A stretch of 64,000 bases of DNA from Lytechinus pictus (taxonomy: Eukaryota), in contig NC_087252.1 in assembly GCF_037042905.1 (NCBI RefSeq), forward strand, positions 15,378,001 to 15,442,000. Direction: 5' to 3'. How positions within the stretch are numbered: the stretch's first letter is position 1; every line of letters begins with the position of its first letter. The notes below the pieces were generated by a model, which searched no databases, was not told the DNA's origin, and saw only the letters and a program-made list of their open reading frames with translations. The translations under genes and the position numbers were made by a program. This document shows, in pieces, positions 53,047 through 64,000 of the stretch.

Positions 53047-53158
53047 TTAAAGCCACTGGAAATCAGCAAACCGACGCACAAATGACACTACTTTCGCGTT
53101 GCAGTGACTCTTCGACGCATGGCACTTCGACCCATCAGGGCTTATTCCGAGGAGACAT
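53047..53158 (-). CDS. Transposon-borne gene, terminal coding exon D: CLLGISPDGSKCHASKSHCNAKVVSFVRRFADFQWL*
   Basis: Acceptor TCTTTTTCTCCCTGTCTCTCAG. Phase 2 in, completing AG|A (Arg). TAA at 53049-53047. 112 nt. Confidence 0.8.
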
Positions 53159-53913
53159 CTGAGAGACAGGGAGAAAAAGATATTACAGAAAAAAAAAAAT
53201 AAAAACAATCAAATGAAAACTGAGGGAGTCAAAATAAATTGACAAACCTAAAATGAAATTTATCAAACAGTAATTATAGATGGCTCCATCAAGCCAGCTT
53301 TACTTAAAAAAGAATACTTTTTAAATCACTTTTTTCTATTGTTAGTACAGAGACACACTCTTCTCTACTCAAGTACGTAATCATTAACCTGCACCAAAAT
53401 ACACCAGATGTTAGTGTGCTAGTCGCTAATAAGTTCTTGAAATTTTGGAGTTCCCCACAGTACTGCTGGGTTTGCTTACTTTCAAAACGTGACACTTGCA
53501 ATGGAAATCATATTTGGCTCCCAAATAAATGCAGAAGTACTGTGAAGAATGTCTTTGTTTTCTAAGGCAAGGCAACAGTCGGATGTTGCTCGCTCCATCA
53601 AGTCGCAAAGCAGTAGCACATTAATAAAAAGCCTATTTATCAGATAAGAAAGTATGTTCTAGAATCAAAATGCTTAAATTTATGAGCTGCTCGGATGTGA
53701 CGTCACAACATCATAACTTGAAATATTCACAACTCTAACAAAAAATTTTGACGGATTTTCTTCAAACCTTCACCAATATTTTTCTTTATTTTTCCACATT
53801 TTTTAAAATCAAGTTATTTTTCAGACTGAAATTCCATTTAGCTAGGATGTCCATGAAATTTGACTTATGTCAGTTCCAGAAAATGGTCCGATATTTTGCA
53901 TGCCATATTGTAC

Positions 53914-54094
53914 CTCTGCATGAACTCCAGTGTTGCTGCAGCCGTGCTTGGATATTCCAAATTGAGGTTGTAATAGGTGGCAAAAAGGTATGCCACCCCA
54001 CAAAGAAAGCCTTCAGTTGTTGATGATGAATGGCCAATAACTCTGCTTTCAACCATGACCATCCACTGGGACTTGGCCGAGTCAAATGGATCTC
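53914..54094 (-). CDS. Transposon-borne gene, coding exon C: DPFDSAKSQWMVMVESRVIGHSSSTTEGFLCGVAYLFATYYNLNLEYPSTAAATLEFMQ(R)
   Basis: Acceptor TTTTGTTTGATAG, donor GAG|GTACAA. 181 nt, phase 1 in, phase 2 out. The F..YY.LNLEYP....TLEF.QR motif recalls SAMD3-like / animal EnSpm accessory proteins (from memory, not searched). Confidence 0.85.
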
Positions 54095-54554
54095 CTATCA
54101 AACAAAATAATGTTAAGATTTAATCGTTATGAGCTTCATTTTCTATAATTTGTTTTAACACTAGCTGATGGGAAAATCTCTGGTACAAATTCACTAGAGT
54201 AAAATTCAGTTATTTATTTCCAATTGTCCTGATTCCCCCCCCCCCCCCTTATGGACGCGTTACAAAGTGAAAAACTATAATTTATGTTTTTTGCCCAGTT
54301 TTAAAGGCTGGGATCATGCAGTATTCACATGTCTCTTTTGTTAATGACTGCATATAATTACAAGCATGGCAAATCTGAAATGCTGAAAGTGAAAGATGTA
54401 CATATGAAATACAAGTCTGTTTAAGAAAATTGACACAAAATAAACGTACATGTCTGTACAGATTTAGTCTAAACCTAAATCTGAGAATGTTTTAAATGTC
54501 TGTATTATATTATTCTAAGAGGTTTGATTAAAAACACTGGAAGTTGTCATGCAC

Positions 54555-54624
54555 CTTGGATTATGAGTTTGGGTGAATCAGATGCATCTCCCTCTTTCTC
54601 CATGTCCTCAGCAGTATCTGTAAC
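54555..54624 (-). CDS. Transposon-borne gene, coding exon B: VTDTAEDMEKEGDASDSPKLIIQ(G)
   Basis: Acceptor ATCTTTTCAG, donor AAG|GTGCAT. 70 nt, phase 0 in, phase 1 out. Joins A and C in frame. Confidence 0.75.
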
Positions 54625-55054
54625 CTGAAAAGATATGATAATCCCATGTTTCCATTACCATTACACACAAGATTCAACTCTTCAGTGTCATTTAATTGAT
54701 TTTAATTTTCATACAGCATGCAGTCCCCAAGAGTGAAGGTCCAATACAATCTAGAAATAATCATCAATTAATTTTCAATTATGTACCACCTCGAAGGGGG
54801 AAGGGCAAGTGATCTCTCTCATTTCTTTTTTCAAATGGGGGCGTGCCTTAGCAACAAAACACCCCCCCCCCCCACAACAAAAAATTAAAAATTGAAGAAA
54901 AAAGAAGAAAAAAAAACAGATCTAAGGAAAGGTTCCACAAAGGGTCTTGAAAAGTCCAGAGTCATCGATACAAAAGCAATTATTAAATACTAACTTTTTC
55001 ACTCAGGACTAATAGCGCAAAACATTTTTCAGGAGAGTAATTATTAAATCTTAC

Positions 55055-55179
55055 ATCACGGATGAGGAAAAGGGAGTCATTCCCTTCTTTAAACAGGCTC
55101 TGCAACCCTCTCAGCACACCAGATGCTACATCATGCAGGTTTGCATCATCTTTTGCAGCCGCAGCTTCCACGAGAAGTA
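55055..55179 (-). CDS. Transposon-borne gene, coding exon A: (V)LLVEAAAAKDDANLHDVASGVLRGLQSLFKEGNDSLFLIRD
   Basis: Acceptor CCCTCTCTCTCTTCCTCCAG, donor GAT|GTAAGA. 125 nt, phase 1 in, phase 0 out. Confidence 0.8.
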
Positions 55180-56385
55180 CTGGAGGAAGAGAGAGAGGGA
55201 AAAAATAGAAAAAAATAATAAGTTGAATGAGTAGGGTCCTGGGCAGGAGGGGAGGGAGATAGGGGACAAGAAGATAGACATGGAATGAGTAAGAAGCAAA
55301 ATGAGAAAGAGTTTGACAAGATGGAAGAGATATGAGAAGTAGGAGAAGCCAAAAGAAGAGATAAGAATTAATTAGAATATTAAAAGAGGAAATGAAAAAA
55401 AAAGAAAAGGAAAGGGGAGGTGGCAAGAAGGAAGGCAAAGGAGAAGAAATTGGTGAAGAAAGAAGACAAAGGAGGTGAATAATTAGAAGCAGCGGGAAGA
55501 AAAGGACAAAACAAAAAAGTGGAGAACCGAGAAGTAGAAATATAGAGTTATTTGTGATCAACTTTAAAAATATTTACAAATGGATAAGTCTATATTTTCA
55601 AGAAAAGTTTACCATTATCAAAGTGTAAAAACTGCAATAGCAAAGGAAATATATATGTGTTACATTGTGAAAAAGACACAAATGAATTCATGGGAGTATC
55701 CCCCTTCCCCATCCTTGGCTAATTATATGCACGCGCACGCTTTCAAACAGTGATGACGTCACAATGCAAAAGACCAGACTGTAACAGACGATTGCCCACG
55801 GTCGGCCGGAACTCCTTGCCATATCGCTAGCGCTAGCGCGCGCTGCATGCATGCGCTGGCTAGCTAGCTCGCACCATACAGCACTGCACTAGCACTGCAT
55901 GCTGCGCTGCATGACTGTATGTATAGTGTACTGTACGAGTATGGCCAGGGTTGCATGGCTAAACTGCGTGCAGACATCGGAATCCGATGCAATCTATCTA
56001 GCTGATCTAGCAAAAAGTAGCGTAATGAAATTTAGTCGATATGATGGAATTGCTAAGAGGCATTTTAATGATAATTTCAACACATACCAAATTTCTATGC
56101 ATAGGTCTTTACTATTTTTTAGCAAGTTAAAAACAGTCAAAATTTGAGTCAACACCCCGCACAACTCTAAGTCTAAATCTACACAGTACACATCTTCCGT
56201 AGACAACATCCGCAGCGCGCACAACACACATTAACACATACATCTTCATAGACAACAGAGAGAGAGCGCGAAAAGTGAGGATGGTGAATGTCAGAGTTCC
56301 ATGAAAGATTACATTATATGTAAAACAGTTCAACAAAACATTTCTACATGTGAAGGATCTACAGGATGAAAATATCACTACTTAC

Positions 56386-56515
56386 CAGGGAATGTGTACT
56401 TGACCGGAGACGTAAAGTTGAATTCAAAACAACAGCAGTTCCGACGGCACTTCTTATCGATCTGACACTCGAAATTTTGCAAGAATTTATGCTCCGCGCC
56501 GAGTAAGAGGCGCAT
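56386..56515 (-). other. Candidate first exon of the transposon-borne gene (5' limit uncertain; may be non-coding)
   Basis: Consensus donor CTG|GTAAGT (intron starts 56385). The frame from the ATG at 56515 is open and ends in phase 1, compatible with the exon at 55179. Confidence 0.5.
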
Positions 56516-56519
56516 GCGC
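56510..56519. promoter_or_regulatory. NRF1/P3A2-type palindrome GCGCATGCGC; candidate promoter element of the transposon gene
   Basis: Matches the core NRF1 motif in a CpG-rich patch between the right subterminal array and the first donor. Confidence 0.5.
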
Positions 56520-56764
56520 GTGTGACGTGTTGTATCCCAGAATGCATTTCGCGTGCTCAATTACAGTAAATTACTGTAAAGTTGATCTCCCCAAAAAAGA
56601 ACTCGAATGATTGCTGTAAATTACCGTGAACCGCCTGAATAATACGGCAAATTACTGTAAAATCATCATTACAGTATCTTACTGTTAAAATTTACATCAA
56701 TTTACCGTACAAATTACAGCAATTTTTTACAGTGTATCTGATTTTCATGTATGGTTCAGTGCAA

Positions 56765-57195
56765 AATTTTACTGTTGTCCTTCACAAAATAAACAAATTT
56801 TAAAAGTGTTAATTAGTTCACTGTTACAGAATGTCTTTTTATAATTCTTCCTCAACTTCTTTACTTTTGAAATACTTATCTTATTTAGAATTAAGATATT
56901 GTCTATTTGTTAAAATGTTTGCCCTTCATAAAATAAATGAGAATAAACATTGATGATTAGTCCACTATTACAATTAATTTTTTTTTTAATATGATTCTTT
57001 CTTAGCTTTCTTACTTTTGAAATACTTGTATTTTTTATGATTTAGGTACTGTGTATTTGTGTATGATTTTGTCCTTCACAAATTGAATGAAATTAAAAAG
57101 TGCTAATTATCCACTAATGCAGACTGTATTATCATAATTCTTCTGCATCTTCACTCTTGACTACTTATCTTTTTAGGAGATTAGATACTGCTCTA
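56765..57195. repeat. Three ~145-bp tandem units
   Basis: TG(T/C)CCTTCA.AAA...TTACTTTTGAAATACTT recurring at ~56776, 56920, 57070. Confidence 0.7.
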
Positions 57196-57874
57196 ACACT
57201 ACTACTTTGCTCATTTTAAATTACATGTATTTAAAGTTAGGTTTTGGATGTATTACTCTATGATCAATCTCTCTTAAGTTCTCTTGTTTTTATTATAGTC
57301 TGTAGTGTAACAAGCTAAAACAAAATTAAGGAGGCTATGTGGCAAATTAATTAGAAATTCATTTTAAAAGTGCATTTAAAAAATTTTGACCTTCCTATTA
57401 CAAAGGAAAAAAAACCCATTTTTCCCCCATATATTTTGATATGATATTCATGATACAAAATTTCACTCTTTCCCTTTCCTTTTCTTTCTTTTTTTTTGCT
57501 TGGTCGTGATTTTTTTTATTTATTTATTTTTTTCATTTTTTAATATTTATTTTTATTTTATTTTATTTATTTATTTATTTATTCATTTATTATTATTATT
57601 ATTTTTTTTTTTTGGGGGGGGGGAGGGCATGGCCCAAAGCCCCCCATCTGCATACCAGTGTATATAATAGTAAGAGAGCCTCTGATCTCAAGAATACAAA
57701 TGTTTCTATCTATCCTTTCCCTGCAATAATTTACATTTTTGAATTGCATTCTTATTTTTCCCTTTATAATTCCCACTGAAATAGGATTTTTTTCTATATA
57801 TTTATTTTTGTTATTGCTTAAATCATAGTCTGAATTATAGTTGGTTTCCTCTGTCATACCTTGCTGTTCTTATT

Positions 57875-58274
57875 GCGCGGTGCTGCACCATCCCGAGTTT
57901 GCTTTATCTCGAGATTTTAGCCCGATTGGCCCTCTTCCCGATTAATCTCGAGATTCAAGAAACCCAGTCTCCACCATCGCAAGAAGAGCGATTCCTGCTT
58001 GAGCGAGGCATCGATGCATTATGGTCTGACGCCGTGAATAAATAATCCAGAGTGCGTCTGCACCTACGAATTAGTGCGATAATTCGTGAAATAGCGCGCT
58101 ATTTTGCAAATAATCCCAAGTTGACTCGGGATTGCAATCTCGAGATTAATCCTACGAACTAGCGCGATAATTGCGTCTCCATTGCAAATAATCTCGAGAT
58201 TGTTAAGATCGGGATAATTTGCCAGATCAGAAATAGCGTGCTAATTTGAAAACTCGGGATGGTGCAGACGGCCC
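57875..58274. mobile_element. CpG-rich TIR MITE (Harbinger-like)
   Basis: CTGCACCATCCCGAGTTT / AAACTCGGGATGGTGCAG. Repeated internal ATCTCGAGAT and TAGCGCG motifs. Confidence 0.75.
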
Positions 58275-59329
58275 TATTTTGTTCTAATTTTGTTCACCTG
58301 CTCAAGCTCTGATAGATTATCCCTCACTAAGTCTAAGATTACCAGACTCAATCTACCCTCAAGTAATCCCCTTCTACCCATCTTGTACCCAACGGGGATT
58401 TATTAGTCCTTTTCTACTCATCAAAAATACTTTTAGTCAAATATGTAAAATGGAAAATACAATTTATGTTAGAAAAAAAAGAGAACAAGCATTGACAAAA
58501 ATGAAAAGCTCCATTTGCGAATGGAGATGATTGTTGTACAGCTATAACTGTACTAAGACCATCTTTAAAATCCATTTTGCTAATCAGAATTGTATGAAGG
58601 AATCTAAAATACAAAACCCCTTCAAAACAGCCCTCAATCCCCCATACTTCCATGTACCTGTGAGAGATATTCCCCACCTTAAAAGAGATGGCTACTTATT
58701 TATCTCATCAAATCTTTACAACTCGGGGAACATTTGATATATTCCTCTCATGATACACTTCATAATTACAGTACATTTTACATGTGTTTATTAGGCCTAC
58801 TCATAATGAGACTTCAACATTAATTTTCTTCCTTTTCCCCAAAAACAATTTTGTGTGTTCTCTGTAGAGAATATGAATAGCTGTTTTTGTGGCTTTCCTG
58901 ATGTTTTACATAGTCAACAAGTTAATGTTTTTATTCTTGAAATGATCAATGCTCATAATGGTCCTTTAGATGAGTGATTCTAACCATTTTCTATCTTTTC
59001 ATATATTCTGTTTCCGATCGAGAGTAGCCGTGAAGCTTGGTTATAAATGTGTACGCTTGAGGGAGCGTGTAATACCCATTTGACTTGGCCAAACCACAGT
59101 AACGTGTGGTTAAAAACGTTGTTGGCTCTGCTCACATGCAAAAATAAACCTAAAACTGATCAATAAATGGAAATAAATGTACTTGTTAAGATTTTAATGC
59201 TTTTTTATTATTAAAGTCACCATCTCCTAAAGTTTTGATGTTTCATGTTTATCTTTAGTAAATATTGGTATACATTATCTATATTGTATATTAATGCAAT
59301 ATTTATTTATTTCCCATAATAAATCATTG

Positions 59330-59766
59330 ATGTAAAGGGTATTGTTACTGTTACTGTCACATCCCCACTTGTTCTTTTGTAATTTTTTTAATATGAAATT
59401 AGGTTTATTTAAAAATTTTCGACCAAGAACTAAAACAATTGGATTGACAACTGATTAAGTACATTAGTTATTTCTTGCTGCAACTTATAATGGAGACACA
59501 TTATTTACACATTTATGAAAAACTGAAACAATTATGATTTCATGTGATAACGTAAGAAAAAGGAGAGAGGGGATATTACATCATCAGCCCACCTAATGAA
59601 TATTCATGAAGACATGCCTAGAACTGGTTCACCGGACTAACGTAAATCTTTGAAATTAAATAGCTTTGTTATTTGTTATCCGATTTTAATGACATTTTCA
59701 GCATTTTGCTCTGTAAATCTTACTCTATTTATTTATATATAAATATAGTGAGCCCGGAGCATCCCT
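59330..59766. mobile_element. Truncated TTAA-type MITE (one end only)
   Basis: Ends GCCCGGAGCATCCCT|TTAA. Subterminal ATCCGATTTTAATGACATTTTCAGC resembles the 7936 family. Confidence 0.5.
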
Positions 59767-60739
59767 TTAATCTTCTCCCCGTCTTTCTCTCTTTCTATTT
59801 CTCTCTTTCCCCTCTTATCTTTTGGGCTTGTCCTGACTCTTCTCTTTCCTGTCTTTCTCTCCTATTTCTCACTCACTCCTCCCCTTTCTCTCACCTTCTC
59901 TCTCTCTTTCTTTCTCCATCTATCACTTGAGCTGTAAGGACAGGAAACGTGAAGTAGGTATGCAAAGCGCCTTCACAAGAGTTAACTTGAACAAGCCCCC
60001 TGAGGCCACTACTTCTTTATACACAGTCACTGATTGTCATGTTAACGTCCTCTATTCAAAACCATATTAAGAATCTCTAACAAGGTGTATTCCATGTAGC
60101 ACATCCATGCCTGTATACAGTGACGGATCTCGGAAGGGGGGGGGGGCGCACGTCCATCATCCGGGCCCATGCCAACTCCCTCTTTTCATTTTTTGGACAA
60201 AAATGCCCCCCCCCTTGGAAAATCATGGTCTCCAACTGCCTGTATGATAAGTTTTAGTAGTGTTGCTGTAGTGTTGATGTCGTTTGTAAATAACACTGGC
60301 ACATAGAGGGGGAGAGGCAGTCCAACCACCAAGAAAGAAATGATAAAAATAAAAGCAAGGAAAAGGAAAAAGGGTGAAATATGATATTATTTTCTAAATG
60401 AATTGTCAAAATCTATCACAAAATTAGTTTTTCCTCTTGCAAGGGTCAAAATTTATGCTCGCTTTCTTGGCTTGCTCGTGATTTCTTAGCCATTTGCTCC
60501 ATACACCGTGTCGGGCCCCCTCAAAATTTGTTGGCTCATTGTGCCATTCATGAGACATTCATTTGTATTTGCCGCACCTAACCCATGTGTAGTGTACATA
60601 ATGTCTATACCAAGGTGTAGTCCATATAGCACATACTGCATGTATGATGTAATGATAATAATGATAATAATAATAATTGAAGGCATACATGTATATATAG
60701 TGAAACTCAAAATATTAATTTGTCCAATAACAAGTAAAC

Positions 60740-61230
60740 ACCTCAAATAGACCGAATGTAGATGCGAGCAAGGAGATAAAGCCCCAGAGATCACTACAGC
60801 ATCTTGATAAGATATTTCTGATTGTAAAATGTATTCTTACAGAGTGGATTAAGAAAATGTTAAAGATGTTTGTGTATTTCTACGGCCCAAAATGTGAGAT
60901 ATTACGATTACAATTAAACCAACCCATCTAATGCACATAAGATAGATGTGCCCATATGATAAATCTGAGTCCTAACCACTTCATTATCGTGCTAAGAACA
61001 TTTTGCTGATTGTAATATGAATTCCTACTGAGTGGATAAAGAAAATGTCAAGAAAGTTTGTGTATTTCTACAAATAAAAATATGAATTAGTACAATTACA
61101 ATAACCACCTCAAATACACACGAGATGTATCCAAGCTTTAAGGTGGATTCTCAAATAGCAATTATCTTGCTAAGGTTTTGATGATTGTGAAATGAATTTC
61201 TGCTGGATGGATTAAGCAAATCTCAAAGCA
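60740..61230. repeat. About three ~185-bp tandem units
   Basis: TGATTGT.AAATG.ATT...GAGTGGAT.AAGAAAATGT.AA at ~60818, 61006, 61183. Confidence 0.7.
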
Positions 61231-64000
61231 ATTTCACAAATTGTTTTAATAATTGACTGAGTAGGTGGAGTGAGAGATTGCTAATTGTTTAAAGAAAATT
61301 TGATTTTTCAATTTAGATTACAAGAGTTGTCTATCGTATTGACAGAATGTATTGTGTATTGTACACATTGAGTGACTATTCTTGATTTCAAACATTTCTT
61401 CGTCAACTAAAAATAATTCATGACAATAAAAATACCTCTTGGTGGTTGATTCAGTGAAAAACTTCAGAGTGTGACCCAGTAACTTATAAATATATGGCAG
61501 AATTGATTAGCTTTTTAGCAATTGTATTTGTATTTCTTCATTCATGTTGAACATGCTCTCTGTACATTTGTATTTCGATGTTTTCACATCTCTCTCTCTC
61601 TCTGTCACACACATGCACTTTCTCTTTCTGCCTGTATTTGGTAGATTTTCATCCCTGGAGTCTTAATGTTTTCTCTCCTCCTCTTTTTTCATCTCGGTTT
61701 CCACTTATGCATTTTTTCTCATTTGTTTCATCTTGCTTTTATCTCTCTATTATTTCATGTTTTTATTTTTGTTTATTCTTTCTTGCAATCCCTTTGTTTC
61801 ATCCCTATATTCCTCTTCTCTTTCCTTTCCATCCCCCAAAATAGTTTCTCCTTTCTTGTTTCATCTTGCTCTCGTGTCTCTTTATATCTCTTCATCTTTT
61901 CATTTGAATATTTCTTTCATTCATTTGCATTATCTTGATCAAGAAGACTACTATCTCCTATTTTTTTTCGCGTAGGTCTGTCTTTTTTTTGTCTCTGAAC
62001 TTTTCTCTTGAAAACATTATTGTTGTGAAAATATAATCTGCCTTAAAATGCCTTTTTCATGTTCCATGATTCTATCCTTTTGATCATGCAAATCCTCTGT
62101 AAATATTGTACTTTTTTGATAATTTATTTCAATAAACGCTTAAATAAAAATAAAAAAAACTACTAATTAGTTCTTTCTTCTTCCATTCCTACCATCCCTC
62201 CATCATCCGACTTGCCCGGAATCAATGGGCGCAAATTTGAATGAAAGCGGGATTTAATCAATAACTCGCGAGACAACACATCATATTCATGGGGTATTTG
62301 GATTGAAATCAGAGAGTATGATATGACGCGTATGTCAATATGTGCGTAATATGCCTATGTAGACAAACCCAATGATTCCATGTGAACGGCGCAAAGCCAT
62401 GCTATTCCCTTTCTCTCATCCTCCCTATGTTTGTTCATATATCTCCCGTTTCCAATTTCAACTTCGGAGACAAAAAACCGGGAAGAAAGAAAAAAAGGGG
62501 AAATTTTGCCGGTGTGCTGTCAGAAGTGAAAGGCAAATATGTCATTTTTGCATCTCATTATTGTCAATTTCCGCGGGTTGAACGTTTCATCAATCAATTT
62601 GGGGGGAGGAATATTTTTGATGTGTTGGCTTAATCCATTGATGTCTCCATTCTAAATGGGAAGTATTTGAACTGTGAGGCTGGAAGTGATCGTCAATGGT
62701 TTTTTTCAAAACCACATAGTTCTTATACATGTATGTACTAAATCAGTCTGATAAATTAAAATGTGTATCAGGCTTAAGCACTGAGTGTCTCATTCATTCC
62801 TCTTTTTGAGTTTTGATGAATATTAAATGGAAAGCTTTTTTAATTTCAGAAAGGATATAAAGGACGATTTGCTTAAAATGTGTTAATCACTATTTTGGAA
62901 TGCAATCTCGTTATTTGTCATTCAGCACAAAATCATTGTGATCTTGCACTTTTACTTGTAAATGTGTTCATTTTTTTAATCTCAAAAGATATTAATATAG
63001 ATTTGCATGTATGTCAATATTTTTCTTTATATTTCAGATAAATTGGACAAGTAAATGTTAGGTTGAATTAATAACAAAATAATAAGGAAAACTGGTTAAC
63101 TACTGGTCTGAGACTCTGAACTATTTCTGTCAGACAAGCAAAGAAAATGGGCTGGTGATCTATGCATTCTTGCTCCTACTTGTGAAGTGCCAATTGCCTC
63201 CACGCTTTTATTCTCTGTCTAGTTTTATCGCCCTTCATTCTATTCGTATGCATATCACTTCTATTGTCTGCCAGAGGTGTTATAATATAAAACCCAATTA
63301 CACTGAGAATGGAAGAATATTGTGGCTCTCACTATGTACTGTATGTGTTTTTCATGCAGGGAAGGCTTTTCTATATTTTGGTAATGTTGGAAGACTTCAT
63401 AATCATGATTATTTAAACAAAAATCACATCTGGAGTGAGTTTTAACATCTCAGTTTATTCAATATGGATCATGATTAATACATTCAACACATAGATATGT
63501 TCCAATAACTGTATAATAACCCAGGCCTGAATAAAGCACGTTTTTTCCTCTCGTGAGCTCAATTTTCTATTTCGATTAAATATTGTTGATTAATGAGGCT
63601 TTTATCTGTCACTGATTTTATTTTTAAATAGGTATATGTATTTGGAGTCATGATTGATGTTATATTGAGTGCAGCATCACTTTTCCAAAATCTTAAATTG
63701 AAGTTTAAGTTTGTCCATGATATATACAAATTTTTTTGTTTTATTCAATATATGATAAAAGCATGATGGTATTACACTGGAGCCGTCCAGTCTCTGCAAC
63801 ATCACAACGATTCTCAAAATGAGTAAAGCATCGAGACATTAAACAACCTCGAGACTTTCTCATCGGCTAGCTAGCTACCTCCCATTTCAAACCAGCCCCA
63901 AATCCCTAAATAGCCACACTACTTTTCAAGTGAAATCTCTCATTTGTTTCCCCTTAGTTGTCTTTCAAAAGACAAACTCCCGAGCCTATACCCATCCGGC

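Larger units (their letters stand above)
49555..56734 (-). mobile_element. EnSpm/CACTA(CMC)-like DNA transposon, 7,180 bp, no recognisable transposase, carries a spliced gene
   Basis: TIR CACTGTAAAAA (49555) / TTTTTACAGTG (ends 56734). TA on both flanks (49553-54, 56735-36). Subterminal TTACTGTAAA/TTTACAGTAA arrays at ~49555-49935 and ~56560-56734. Confidence 0.85.

Noticed and set aside
54983..55561. 192-aa hydrophobic ORF as a membrane protein
   Set aside because: Only 55055-55179 is bounded by splice sites. The rest is a pyrimidine-rich intron tract.

Overview
This is AT-rich, repeat-dense eukaryotic DNA. The repeat families look like those of a marine deuterostome, most plausibly a sea urchin (inference). 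Almost all entries in the ORF track are low-complexity artefacts. Two gene signals appear only after splicing. (1) On the + strand there is the 5' end of a host gene: a non-coding exon (donor at 4893), then exon 5052-5577 ending in a 26-codon signal-peptide-like CDS (ATG 5499). After it comes a phase-1 intron that seems to fill the rest of the window (>58 kb). (2) Inside that intron lies a 7,180-bp CACTG-terminated (EnSpm/CACTA-like) element at 49555-56734, with TA target duplication and TTACTGTAAA subterminal arrays. It carries an antisense spliced gene with four phase-compatible, stop-free coding exons encoding a 'YYNLNLEYP...TLEFMQRCLLGISP...FADFQW' protein, plus a candidate promoter, first exon and poly(A) signal, but no recognisable transposase. 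The remainder holds many MITEs with readable TIRs/TSDs (CACT-type, TTAA-type, 3-, 8- and 9-bp TSD types, several nested), a Helentron-like HINE, tRNA-derived SINEs, LINE 3' ends, minisatellites and microsatellites.
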